Shown here piece by piece: positions 36,784-46,500 of a DNA stretch of 64,000 nucleotides (positions within the stretch are counted from its first letter, which is position 1; each line of letters starts with the position of its first letter). A model generated the notes under the pieces. It did not search any database, had not been told where the DNA came from, and saw only the letters and a list, made by a program, of their open reading frames with translations. Source of the stretch: Bacteroidota bacterium (lineage in GTDB: Bacteria > Bacteroidota > Bacteroidia > NS11-12g > UBA9320); assembly GCA_018700895.1 (NCBI GenBank), contig JABIUV010000007.1:4640-68639 (forward strand), given 5' to 3'. Position numbers and translations under genes: made by a program.

Positions 36784-37544
36784 CTATTCTCTCATCTTAA
36801 TAATTCTATTGTAGTCCAGTAGTAGTACTTTTTTGAAAAATGATACATCCGTTGAGTCACCAAATTGTCTAGCAAATTTTGGCACTTTTTGCAAATCGAG
36901 TTTCCCGACCTTCCAGCCATTCCAAGGCATTCTGAAATCTGAAGATAACACCAATGTGCCATCATACATCTGCATCACTCGTGGCGTTTCTCCCTGCGTA
37001 TCCCAAAGTGTATCTATGGAGTTATCTTCTATTTCAAATAAATGGAAGTACTCTTTCCGCACAAAGAATCCATTACACTCAGTAGTAGTAACCAGTTCAT
37101 AACCTTTTTGCTTACCCAAGTTTACCAAAGCGAGTAAACTATTACCGTGATTAGTATCAAAATCTCTTTTTTGAACATAGGATATATCACTCGGTATCGT
37201 AAAATTAAACTCCACTAGTACAATTTTGGGTTTGTACAATATCATAGAATCCCAGATGTGATAATCATTACCATCAACATCAATGGAGAGCAGGTCAAAA
37301 TCATTAGGAATTTCGGTTTGCCCTAGAACACTATCAGTCTATCTTCCCCTTCAAAACTTATCTTCTTATTGACGAGTATAGCGTTGCCTACCTCGCTGTA
37401 ATTGGCCTCTAGTTCTTTATATTTTTTAGTGCTTGCTTCTATCAAAACACCATTCCACCCACTGTTTTTTATAAGATTACAAGTATTGCTGTGCAGAACG
37501 CCATCCCACGCCCCAAACTCTACACACCAATACACTTCCTGCAC
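36784..37544 (-). pseudogene. FkbM-family methyltransferase split by a frameshift near 37310-37330
   Basis: The upstream 73-aa ORF (...VEFGAWDGVLHSNTCNLIKNSGWNGVLIEAS...) is an FkbM-like N-terminus ending VF*. The downstream ORF frame continues upstream of its Met as ...VLGQTEIPNDFDLLSIDVDGNDYHIWDSMILYKPKIVLVEF..., the conserved D..IDVEG core. The two frames abut at gtgttctagggcaaacc. Confidence 0.55.
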
Positions 37545-37727
37545 AGGTATAATGTTAAAAATTTGAGCAATTACTCCATCCTCACCACATTGTGAGTAGA
37601 CGTTTTCTTGATAGCTCTTTAGCCTTTAACTCATAATATTGAGTGCGAGTTTAGCTATATTTTTTTTCTAAGGGTAAAATAGATGAGCTAAGCTACTAGA
37701 GACTCACCATCAAAACTATCTATATGT

Positions 37728-38669
37728 ATGAAGGATGCGTACATTTGTAGTATGACATCTATTTACAGATTTTTTAGTACGGCATTGCTACTCTTAGTAC
37801 TCGTATGCAGCTGTAACGAAAATAAGAAAAGTGACAAATTTACCATCGTAACAACCACAGGTATTATTGCTGATTGTATTACCAATATAGTAGGCGATGA
37901 TGTAACAGTAATATCGCTGATGGGTGCCGGTGTAGATCCTCACTTATATAGAGCTAGTCAAGGTGATATAGAGAAACTTACGTCTGCCGATATCATTGTG
38001 TACAATGGCTTACACCTAGAAGGTAAAATGGCCAAAATGCTCGAAAACTATGCACAACAAAAACCCACATTTGCCGTAGGAGATTATGTGAACCAAACGT
38101 TGCTCAAACGAGTAGATGAAACATCAGACTTGGTAGATCCACATATTTGGCTTAACCCTGAAATATGGATGAGTGGGATAAAAGGTGTTGCCGAAGAACT
38201 ATCCGCGGCTGCACCCGAGCTGAGAAATGCAAGAGAAAAGTTTGTACAATACAACGAAGAGGTAAGTCAACTTACCACTGTACTCAAGCAGCAACTAGAT
38301 ACCACACTAGATTCAGATAAAAGGATACTTATTACCAGTCACGATGCATTTGCCTACTTTGGTGATGCATTCGGATTTAAAGTAAGAGGATTGCAGGGAA
38401 TATCTACCGCAGCTGAATATGGCACTCGCGACGTGAAAGATCTTGTAGACTTCATCATTGATCAAGATATCAAGTCTGTTTTTATAGAAACCAGTGTAAG
38501 CGATAAAAATCTAACAGCCGTAATAGACGGTGCAAAGATGAGAGACTACCCCCTTAGCATAGGAGGCACACTATATAGTGATGCCCTAGGCAAAAACGGA
38601 ACACCTGCTGGAACCTACACAGGGATGCTGAAGGCAAATGTTAACACTATAGTAGCTGGACTAAAATGA
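37728..38669 (+). CDS. Metal (Zn/Mn/Fe) ABC transporter substrate-binding lipoprotein, TroA/ZnuA/MntC family
   Basis: Lipoprotein signal (LVLVCSC). Cluster-9 SBP fold with metal-coordinating His and Asp regions (DPHLYRAS, DPHIWLNPE, ITSHDAFAYFG). Confidence 0.85.
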   Translation: MKDAYICSMTSIYRFFSTALLLLVLVCSCNENKKSDKFTIVTTTGIIADCITNIVGDDVTVISLMGAGVDPHLYRASQGDIEKLTSADIIVYNGLHLEGKMAKMLENYAQQKPTFAVGDYVNQTLLKRVDETSDLVDPHIWLNPEIWMSGIKGVAEELSAAAPELRNAREKFVQYNEEVSQLTTVLKQQLDTTLDSDKRILITSHDAFAYFGDAFGFKVRGLQGISTAAEYGTRDVKDLVDFIIDQDIKSVFIETSVSDKNLTAVIDGAKMRDYPLSIGGTLYSDALGKNGTPAGTYTGMLKANVNTIVAGLK

Positions 38670-39445
38670 GTGCAAACACGATTATAGAAGCCCATAACCT
38701 TACCGTACTATACGGCAGAAAACCCGCACTGTGGAATGTAGACTTTACCCTACCCGAAAAAGAGGTGATTGGTATAATGGGGCCCAATGGTAGCGGCAAA
38801 AGCACCTTACTCAAGAGCATAATGGGTGTAGTGCAACCTACTAGTGGATTCACCAAGGTATATGATCAAGAGTTGGACACGGTACGCGACAGAGTAAGCT
38901 ATGTCCCTCAACGTCAGGATATTGATTGGGATTTCCCAGCTAGCGTATGGGATGTTGTATCTATGGGTAGATTCCAAAAAAGAGGCCTTTTCAAAAAACT
39001 AACGACTGAAGACAAAGACATCATTAGCGAGAGTTTAGAAAAAGCAAATATGCTAGGTTTTGCCAAAAGGCAAATAAGTCAACTAAGCGGCGGACAGCAG
39101 CAACGGGTATTTTTGGCAAGAGCCATTGCCCAACAAGGTGATTTATTTCTAATGGACGAGCCCTTTGCTGGGGTAGATATTGCTACCGAGGAAATGATTG
39201 TATCTCTGCTCAAAGAAATGAAAGACGAAGGCAAAACACTGGTTATAGTACATCACGATTTGCACACGGCTCAGTCATACTTTGACCACTTGGTATTGCT
39301 TAACACACGACTTGTTGCTTGCGGCCCTACTAAGGATGTTTTCACCGATAAATTTCTGACAGATACTTATGGCGGAAAACTAACAACCATCGCCAAAATT
39401 AGTCAAGAACTGGAAAACAAAGAATTCCCCATTCGTCACAAATAA
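38666..39445 (+). CDS. Metal ABC transporter ATP-binding protein
   Basis: Walker A GPNGSGKSTLLK, signature LSGGQQQRV, Walker B LFLMDEPFAGVD. 4-nt overlap with the SBP gene. Confidence 0.9.
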   Translation: MSANTIIEAHNLTVLYGRKPALWNVDFTLPEKEVIGIMGPNGSGKSTLLKSIMGVVQPTSGFTKVYDQELDTVRDRVSYVPQRQDIDWDFPASVWDVVSMGRFQKRGLFKKLTTEDKDIISESLEKANMLGFAKRQISQLSGGQQQRVFLARAIAQQGDLFLMDEPFAGVDIATEEMIVSLLKEMKDEGKTLVIVHHDLHTAQSYFDHLVLLNTRLVACGPTKDVFTDKFLTDTYGGKLTTIAKISQELENKEFPIRHK

Positions 39446-39447
39446 AA

Positions 39448-40734
39448 ATGAATGTTTGGGAACATATCACCACTTTTTTTAGCGTAGAGAACTACACGCT
39501 CTTTGTAGTAAGTATAGGCTCGGGTATATTATGCTTGGCTGCTGGCGTGGTAGGCACATTTACCTACCTACGCAAACGTGCTCTCATAGGCGATGTCATA
39601 TCACACTCCGTATTGCCTGGGGTAGCCATTGCCTTTATTCTAACTGGAGTAAAAAATCCCGTATACTTTCTTCTAGGAGCTATTATCTCTGGCCTCATCA
39701 GTATTTGGATAGTAGATTACGTTCAGACCAAATCTAAGTTAAAACCCGATAGCATTTTAGCCTTAACCCTGAGCGTATTTTTTGGGATAGGCGTTGTATT
39801 ATTGACTAAGGTTCAGCATAGTGGTAACGCCGCACAAAGTGGTTTGGATAGTTTTTTGTTTGGCAAGGCAGCTAGTATGAGTATGCTCGATGTGCAGCTC
39901 TTCTCAGCCATTGCTATTATAAACGTTATTTGCATTGCCCTCTTTTTGCGAAGCTTTAGTATCATCAGTTTTGATGAAAATTATGCCAAGGGTTTAGGAT
40001 TCAACGTCCGACTAATCAAAGGATTTTTGGCTTTACTCACCGTAGTGACGGTGGCTATAGGGGTACAAGCAGTAGGTGTAGTCCTTATGGCTGCTCTTCT
40101 CATTACCCCCGCATCTGGTGCACGATTTTTGACCAACAGTATAAGGCGAATGTTGATTTACTCCGGTATTTTTGGTTTTGCTAGTGGTATTATTGGTGTA
40201 TTCATTAGCTATAGCGGTACAGGTATGCCCACGGGACCTTGGATTGTGATTGTGCTCTCCGCATTTACGCTTTCGGCTATATTATTAGGCAAGCAACGCG
40301 GTGTATTTGCTCGTATGAAGGTACGACAGAATAACCACGTAAAAATAAATAATGAGAACGTACTAAAAGACATATACAAACTAGCTGATAAGGGCTTAAA
40401 AACCATTACTACCAAGGAGCTTATTGACAAAGAAAAACATCAACCTAAAAAACTAAAAAGCACACTCGCTCGATTGGAGAAACTAGACTATGTAGACCTG
40501 GTACGAGGAATGGTAATCCTGAGTGACAAAGGACGAATAGCTGCACGCGAAGTGATACGTAAGCACCGATTATGGGAGATATACCTCAGTAAGTACTTTC
40601 AGTTAGATGCTGACCACTTGCACGATGATGCTGAGGGGATAGAACACATAATCACTCCTGAGATAGAAAAGTACCTCATAAAATTACTAGAACGCCCAGA
40701 AACCGACCCTCACCAAAGTGAGATACCATACTAA
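39448..40734 (+). CDS. Metal ABC transporter permease (ABC-3 family) fused to a C-terminal DtxR/MntR-family metal-dependent repressor domain
   Basis: Residues about 1-290 form eight to nine TM helices of ABC-3 permease type. Residues about 300-428 (NENVLKDIYKLADKGLKTITTKELIDK...LARLEKLDYVDLVRGMVILSDKGRIAAREVIRKHRLWEIYLSKYFQLDADHLHDDAEGIEHIITPEIEKYL) match the DtxR/MntR winged-helix plus dimerisation/metal-binding domain. Confidence 0.8.
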   Translation: MNVWEHITTFFSVENYTLFVVSIGSGILCLAAGVVGTFTYLRKRALIGDVISHSVLPGVAIAFILTGVKNPVYFLLGAIISGLISIWIVDYVQTKSKLKPDSILALTLSVFFGIGVVLLTKVQHSGNAAQSGLDSFLFGKAASMSMLDVQLFSAIAIINVICIALFLRSFSIISFDENYAKGLGFNVRLIKGFLALLTVVTVAIGVQAVGVVLMAALLITPASGARFLTNSIRRMLIYSGIFGFASGIIGVFISYSGTGMPTGPWIVIVLSAFTLSAILLGKQRGVFARMKVRQNNHVKINNENVLKDIYKLADKGLKTITTKELIDKEKHQPKKLKSTLARLEKLDYVDLVRGMVILSDKGRIAAREVIRKHRLWEIYLSKYFQLDADHLHDDAEGIEHIITPEIEKYLIKLLERPETDPHQSEIPY

Positions 40735-41594
40735 TGAACGATTTTTATATCATACTAACTGCTAGCCTCGTGGCCATAAACTGTGCTCTTATGGGCAGTT
40801 TCTTGGTTATGCGTAAGATGGTAATGATAGGTGATGCCATAAGCCACGCCGTATTACCCGGTATTTTTATAGCCTATTACATCTCAGGTTCTACGGCTAG
40901 TTTGCCAATCCTCATAGGGGCGGCATTTAGCGGAATATTGGCGACGTTACTCATAGAGTGGTTTACCAAAAAAGCTCGCTTGCAAAGTGACGCGGCAATT
41001 GGTGTGTCATACACGCTCCTTTTTGCTATAGGTATCGTGCTCATTTCCAAGTTTGGGGCCAATGCCGACCTCGATCAGCAGTGTGTTTTGTACGGTGAGA
41101 TAGAGTATGTTATCCTTTGGCTCAAACCCGTATTTGGGGCCTTTATGCTCCCTCAACAGACGATTATTTTATTGGCAGTATGCATTCTGCTTGTAGTTGC
41201 CGTAATCATTGGCTACAAAGGACTTTTTATCACCACCTTCGACCCTAATTTCGCCTTATCCACAGGTATAGCCGTAGGGTTTTGGCACTATTTTTTGATG
41301 AGTGGAGTATCGCTCACTACCGTAGTAAGTTTTGAATCTGTAGGAGCTATCTTAGTCATTGCCTTTTTGTCGGGACCACCTGCTATCGCCTACCTCCTTA
41401 CCGAAGATTTTAAAAAAATGCTCCTATTGGCATGTATCGTTGGCATATTCTGCTCAGCAACAGGATATTATGCCGCCAAATGGCTGGATGTATCTATAGC
41501 TGGAAGCATTTCTACCGTAATAGGCATTGCGTTTACTCTCGTATTTATTTTTACTTCCGTTATCAAACGTAAGGCGGTTGTAATATCTACCTAG
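40734..41594 (+). CDS. Metal ABC transporter permease (second ABC-3 subunit)
   Basis: 286 aa, eight TM helices. Start ATG overlaps the previous stop by 1 nt. Confidence 0.85.
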   Translation: MNDFYIILTASLVAINCALMGSFLVMRKMVMIGDAISHAVLPGIFIAYYISGSTASLPILIGAAFSGILATLLIEWFTKKARLQSDAAIGVSYTLLFAIGIVLISKFGANADLDQQCVLYGEIEYVILWLKPVFGAFMLPQQTIILLAVCILLVVAVIIGYKGLFITTFDPNFALSTGIAVGFWHYFLMSGVSLTTVVSFESVGAILVIAFLSGPPAIAYLLTEDFKKMLLLACIVGIFCSATGYYAAKWLDVSIAGSISTVIGIAFTLVFIFTSVIKRKAVVIST

Positions 41595-41679
41595 GTTTAA
41601 TGTAAAACACGGCATTCCCAATTTAATGTATCCTATGTTCTACTTATAATTGTAGCTACGCAAGATTAAATTTTACATC

Positions 41680-43557
41680 GTGAGACTTTTCCGCACGCAT
41701 ATCTTACTGCTTATCTTACCGCTAGTACTCACGAGTACCGCCATAGCTCAAGATAGCACCGCATTTTATGTGCTCAACGCAGAGGATATGGCTATTGCCA
41801 ACGTACAGAACCTGGAAGAGGCCCTTGTACTTGTGCCAGGAATGCACCACTACAGTAGCGATGGAATAAGTCACACCACTTTTGGCACACTATCTACAGG
41901 ACAAATTGCCATTTTCAAAGATGATCTCCCGCTGGCTATGGACCAAAACGTAGGTGTAAATCTGAGGGTAATACCCACGTGGGATTTGAACCACATAGAA
42001 GTACACATAGCCTCGGTATCTACCCTCATTAAAAACAGTAGTTCACTCATTATACGACTATATACACGCGGTTTTCAGAAGAAAAGCGTGTGGGGGAGTG
42101 CCAGTCTTATTACCTCATCTACCAATGATTTGAGCACCAATATACGACTAGGTCTCAGTAACATTCAGCACAATCTGAATGTAGGTGTACATCGTAATTT
42201 TCAGAGTTCAATTTACAAAACTGATGGTTTACGAAGCACACTATGGGGTGGCGAGGAACGCCGTGATTTGAATTTACACTATCGGTATAATATCATAGGC
42301 TCCGTAGTACTCGATGTACAAAGCGACCATACCGCCTTACTTAAGAAAGATAAAGGCCAAATCATTCCAAATACGACACGGGTACGAGATAGAAATACAA
42401 TATTCGGTTCAAATACCTTGAGCAGTCGGCTCTTTGCCCCAATTTCTAAAAACCATAGCATCACCCTATCTGGCAAGTTGCACCGCTACTCCGCTAATAA
42501 TCAGGAGATAGACAAAGACCTTAACACAGGAGAAGAAGCCCCGTATACCGACACATCCCTGCTCGATAATGGCTATAGATATGGTTACATGCGATTGCTT
42601 CTTACATCAGAAAATAAAAAACTGAATTACGATGCTGGTTTGGAACTATCAAGTACCAAAGATTTAGTTTTTGGCAACGTAAATGCCATAGCTACCGAAT
42701 ATTCTGATTACGCAGCTTTTGCCAATATTCAGTTTTTACAGAAAAACACTGTGCTACTAAAAGGTGGAGCAAAACTGCTGGTAAATAACCTTATAGGTTA
42801 TCACTTTTTGCCCAATGGAAGTATAGTACTTGCACCAAGCTCGGTAGTGCAACTCACAGGGAGTTACATACGCTCATTATCCTATCCCTCTTTTAACCGG
42901 ATATTCTATAATACTCCGATGAATAGTGGTGTGGCTGGCAATGTGCGACTGCAACCCATCAAACAAAACACCATTAGCATCAACTTACAACTGGGGAACG
43001 GTGCTCTAACGGCTCAATCTGGATTACTCTATGTACAGAGCAATAACGTGATACGGATTAGTAAACAGCAATCTTATGCCAACACAGGAGCTAGTAGTAC
43101 TACCTCGCTCTATTCAGTGATAAAATATCATACCAAACGAGTAGAGTTGCGTCCATACTTTGTACTTCATAGTAACAACTATGTAAGAGACAGTCTTGGT
43201 ATCACATACGTGCACCCGCAGCTAGGCCTATTGGCAAAGGTGAATCTGCCTAAACTAGGAACGAGTGCGGGATTCATTATACATAATAACGGAACCCACA
43301 CCAAACTAAGCCGTGAGCAAGAGGTCATTTACCAAACCGAGATTGCACCTATTCGTCGTGTATCTGTATATGCCGCCCAATCTTTATTAGCCGATAAATT
43401 AAGCATCGGAATAAGTTTGAATAATCAAGCTACGAACACATTAGTACCGCAAAATGAGTATCGTGTAGGTGTGTTAGAAAACATTCTATTACAGTCTAGC
43501 GATGTATTAGCTTCTCGCAACCAAAATATCAGCATACACCTCAGTTACCTTCTATGA
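41680..43557 (+). CDS. Outer-membrane beta-barrel protein (TonB-dependent-receptor-like), last-but-one gene of the metal-uptake operon
   Basis: Signal peptide MRLFRTHILLLILPLVLTSTAIAQ. N-terminal plug-like region, then long alternating beta-strand pattern. 625 aa. Exact family not recognised. Confidence 0.5.
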   Translation: MRLFRTHILLLILPLVLTSTAIAQDSTAFYVLNAEDMAIANVQNLEEALVLVPGMHHYSSDGISHTTFGTLSTGQIAIFKDDLPLAMDQNVGVNLRVIPTWDLNHIEVHIASVSTLIKNSSSLIIRLYTRGFQKKSVWGSASLITSSTNDLSTNIRLGLSNIQHNLNVGVHRNFQSSIYKTDGLRSTLWGGEERRDLNLHYRYNIIGSVVLDVQSDHTALLKKDKGQIIPNTTRVRDRNTIFGSNTLSSRLFAPISKNHSITLSGKLHRYSANNQEIDKDLNTGEEAPYTDTSLLDNGYRYGYMRLLLTSENKKLNYDAGLELSSTKDLVFGNVNAIATEYSDYAAFANIQFLQKNTVLLKGGAKLLVNNLIGYHFLPNGSIVLAPSSVVQLTGSYIRSLSYPSFNRIFYNTPMNSGVAGNVRLQPIKQNTISINLQLGNGALTAQSGLLYVQSNNVIRISKQQSYANTGASSTTSLYSVIKYHTKRVELRPYFVLHSNNYVRDSLGITYVHPQLGLLAKVNLPKLGTSAGFIIHNNGTHTKLSREQEVIYQTEIAPIRRVSVYAAQSLLADKLSIGISLNNQATNTLVPQNEYRVGVLENILLQSSDVLASRNQNISIHLSYLL

Positions 43558-44555
43558 GATTTGCCATTATCATATCGCTTACCTTGCTAATCACTGCATG
43601 TTTTGAGCATGACGAGCAATTGCCTAAACTAGCAAATCCCGTGGTTACACTCAACTTGGACTTGGATAAGAATCAAGCTATTTTTTTAGACCTCAAGGAT
43701 ATACAAGCAGAAAACGAACAACCTTTTCAAGACTGGCATCTCAAGTTTCAGAATAAAGCAAATAGTTGGGCTATATTTCTTAATACATTAAGCAATGTAG
43801 CCATATATAATACACGCATTACACAATACGACAGTATCACGCCCGAGTATAATACACAAGCCATAAAGTGGCAACTCGATATTCCTACCAATAACGGATC
43901 TGCTCCCGCTATTGGCGTATGGGGCGATTTCAACTTTGACACGCCAAAATCATACAAAGATGTATACCTCATTCGGTGGTTAAGTCAAGGTGAAGAGATC
44001 ATTTATAAACTGCAAATACTGGATGCCAAAGAAAGCGAGTATCATATTCGCTACGGCACATTAGATGACTCGGAAGTATATTCCCCATGGATCCCTAAAA
44101 GTGAGGTTAGACTTCACACCTATTTTTCGCTTTCGCAAGACCAAATATTACCAGATGTAGAGCCTCCCAAAACGCAATGGAATATCTGTTTCACTTACCT
44201 TACAGATTCTATATCTAAGTACCCCAATATACCGCTTACAACCACGCCCAATGATTATTTTGGTTTGTACCAAAGTCTTGTAATCAATCAAGGGAATACA
44301 AGTATATATCTAGATACTTCTCACAGTCTTGATGCAATTAACTACTTCATTGCCAAAGACTTATCTTTTGTAAATATTGATGAAATACATAATGTATTCT
44401 ATACCTACAACGATGAACTAAGCACCCACGAGGTAAACCAAAACCTCATCATCATAGTGAAAGAAGGGGACTACTACTTCGCCCTAAAACCGCTGGACTT
44501 GATAAGCACCCGACCTAAGAGTATCTCCCTTACGCTTGAGATTAAACCACTTTAG
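43554..44555 (+). CDS. Hypothetical lipoprotein, last gene of the metal-uptake operon
   Basis: Lipobox LLITAC. 4-nt overlap with the OM protein gene. No recognisable family. Confidence 0.5.
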   Translation: MRFAIIISLTLLITACFEHDEQLPKLANPVVTLNLDLDKNQAIFLDLKDIQAENEQPFQDWHLKFQNKANSWAIFLNTLSNVAIYNTRITQYDSITPEYNTQAIKWQLDIPTNNGSAPAIGVWGDFNFDTPKSYKDVYLIRWLSQGEEIIYKLQILDAKESEYHIRYGTLDDSEVYSPWIPKSEVRLHTYFSLSQDQILPDVEPPKTQWNICFTYLTDSISKYPNIPLTTTPNDYFGLYQSLVINQGNTSIYLDTSHSLDAINYFIAKDLSFVNIDEIHNVFYTYNDELSTHEVNQNLIIIVKEGDYYFALKPLDLISTRPKSISLTLEIKPL

Positions 44556-45880
44556 CCGAGAGGCATATCAAAATTGGCACCTGAAAAAGTTCCCGAACTC
44601 ATTAACAAAATATTGAGCCCTGCAGTAATTCCTGCATTTACCGCCTCTTCTAGTTCAGCTCTACTGCTTATCACACTTACATCGCCAAAGCATTCAGCTA
44701 TGTATTCCGCACCGAGTATCGGCATTTTTTTATGAGCAAATACATCTTTATCATAGTATACGATGGCCCTATCTGCGGCGTCCATACTTTGCTTATATAA
44801 TGGTAAAAAATCGGCTGTAAGACTACTAAAGGTATGTAATTCAAATACTGCTAACACTCCCCCGACGTAGGTCTCTTTGATGGCTGATGTAGTCGCTTTC
44901 AACTTACTGGGTGAGTGAGCAAAATCTCTATAAATAACTTGATTATCAGACGAATATATTTTCTCCATTCTTCTGCCAGCTCCACTAAAGTCTGCGGCGG
45001 CTTTGTAAAACTGCTCCTGCGTTATACCTAACTCGGCACATACTAACTCCGCCGCTCTTAGGTTTTCCAAATTATGTTTGCCAACCACTTGCAGTTCATA
45101 CTCCCCCGCAGCGGTATGCAGTATTGTCCCTTGGTTGCTTGATGTGTAGTTAGGAGTTTGGTACGCTTCGTTGAGCACCGAGGTTTCTGCACTTAGTTGA
45201 GCAAGGGTTTCGTCTTCGGCATACCAAAAATACTTTGAACCATTCTGATGACTATCTATATACTTGCGAAACGTATCTACATACGACTCCCACGTAGGGA
45301 ACACATTGATATGATCATATGCTACACCCGTAATTATAGACAAGTGCGGCTCATACCACAAGAACTTGGAGCGTAAATCCAATGGCGAGGTAAGGTACTC
45401 ATCACCCTCTATAACGATGATCGGAGCATCTGTCAGCTTCACCGACAAATCAAACCCGGCAATAGAACTACCCACCAGGTAGTCAAAATCAATGTCCATC
45501 TTACGCAATACGTGCATAAGCATAGCAGTCGTTGTTGTTTTACCGTGGCTGCCAGCCACTACGATACGTTTTTTGTCTTTAGACTCGTTGGCCACAAACT
45601 CCGGAAAAGACATAATCTTTAAGCCTAACTCTTGTGCCTTGTGCAGTTCAGGATTATTTGCTCTGGCGTGCATGCCTAATATGACGACATCTATATCTGC
45701 AGTGATACGCTTAGCATCCCACCCAAAAGAACTAGGTAATAAGCTCGCCGATTCTAGGTTAGATTTAGCGGGGTCGTATATGGCATCATCGCTACCTGTC
45801 ACCTGATAACCCTTACGGCTCAATGCAATTGCTAAGTTATGCATTATGGCTCCACCTATTGCTATTACGTGTACTCTCAT
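44552..45880 (-). CDS. mpl: UDP-N-acetylmuramate:L-alanyl-gamma-D-glutamyl-meso-DAP ligase (Mpl) / Mur-ligase family
   Basis: N-terminus MRVHVIAIGGAIMHNLAIALSRKGYQVTGSDD and Mur-ligase P-loop GSHGKTTTTAM. Confidence 0.8.
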   Translation of the reverse strand: MRVHVIAIGGAIMHNLAIALSRKGYQVTGSDDAIYDPAKSNLESASLLPSSFGWDAKRITADIDVVILGMHARANNPELHKAQELGLKIMSFPEFVANESKDKKRIVVAGSHGKTTTTAMLMHVLRKMDIDFDYLVGSSIAGFDLSVKLTDAPIIVIEGDEYLTSPLDLRSKFLWYEPHLSIITGVAYDHINVFPTWESYVDTFRKYIDSHQNGSKYFWYAEDETLAQLSAETSVLNEAYQTPNYTSSNQGTILHTAAGEYELQVVGKHNLENLRAAELVCAELGITQEQFYKAAADFSGAGRRMEKIYSSDNQVIYRDFAHSPSKLKATTSAIKETYVGGVLAVFELHTFSSLTADFLPLYKQSMDAADRAIVYYDKDVFAHKKMPILGAEYIAECFGDVSVISSRAELEEAVNAGITAGLNILLMSSGTFSGANFDMPLG

Positions 45881-46089
45881 CTACGCTATTTTATTACAAG
45901 AACGAAAATAGGGAAGTGTTGCCTAGCTTTAGGCCTAAGTAATAAGCACTAGGCGTTGGTATGACTTATATTGTTTACAGCCCAAATAATCTTTGGCAAG
46001 GTTTATCTTTGTCGTAATCTAAATCTTCACACGTCTAATCACGTATGATAAACATTTTTAACAAGAGAAAAACAAGCCAAACAATACCT

Positions 46090-46425
46090 ATGGATAAATG
46101 GAAAAGCATAACAAGAGAGCAAGATGTAAGAGACATCGTAACACGATCTAACGAGACTGCACAAATCATCTTTAAAGATAGCGTTACGTGTGGTATCAGT
46201 GCATTTGCCAAAAGTAGAATAGTAGATGGATATGATGAGATAGATGGCAAGGCCGATTTTAACTACCTCGACCTATTGGCCTACCGTCCTATTTCTAATT
46301 TTATAGCAGAGCATTTACATGTAAATCATCAATCGCCTCAAATCATTATCCTAAAAAACGGTGAAGTAGTACACAGTGTAACGCATCACGCTATTACTGC
46401 AAAAGGGATAGCTGAGAAGCTTTAG
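46090..46425 (+). CDS. ytxJ: YtxJ-family (DUF2847) monothiol thioredoxin-like protein of the bacillithiol system; start re-called at MDKWKSI
   Basis: MDKWKSITREQDVRDIV...QIIFKDSVTCGISAFAKSRIV..., the YtxJ TCxxS active-site pattern. Confidence 0.65.
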   Translation: MDKWKSITREQDVRDIVTRSNETAQIIFKDSVTCGISAFAKSRIVDGYDEIDGKADFNYLDLLAYRPISNFIAEHLHVNHQSPQIIILKNGEVVHSVTHHAITAKGIAEKL

Positions 46426-46500
46426 TAATCCAATAAGCTAAAAACTTTGAGTCTAACTTATTTTAAATTTAAACTTTAGCTTAATCTTAGACTTCTCTTT

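Noticed and set aside
37141-37330. Apparent 1-nt discrepancies between my hand translation and ORF-track coordinates around 37200 and 37470
   Set aside because: These trace to homopolymer runs (A4 and T6/T7) that I cannot count reliably by eye in the printed sequence. The ORF-track frames are self-consistent, so I treat these as my reading error, not biology. The FkbM frameshift call does not depend on those runs.
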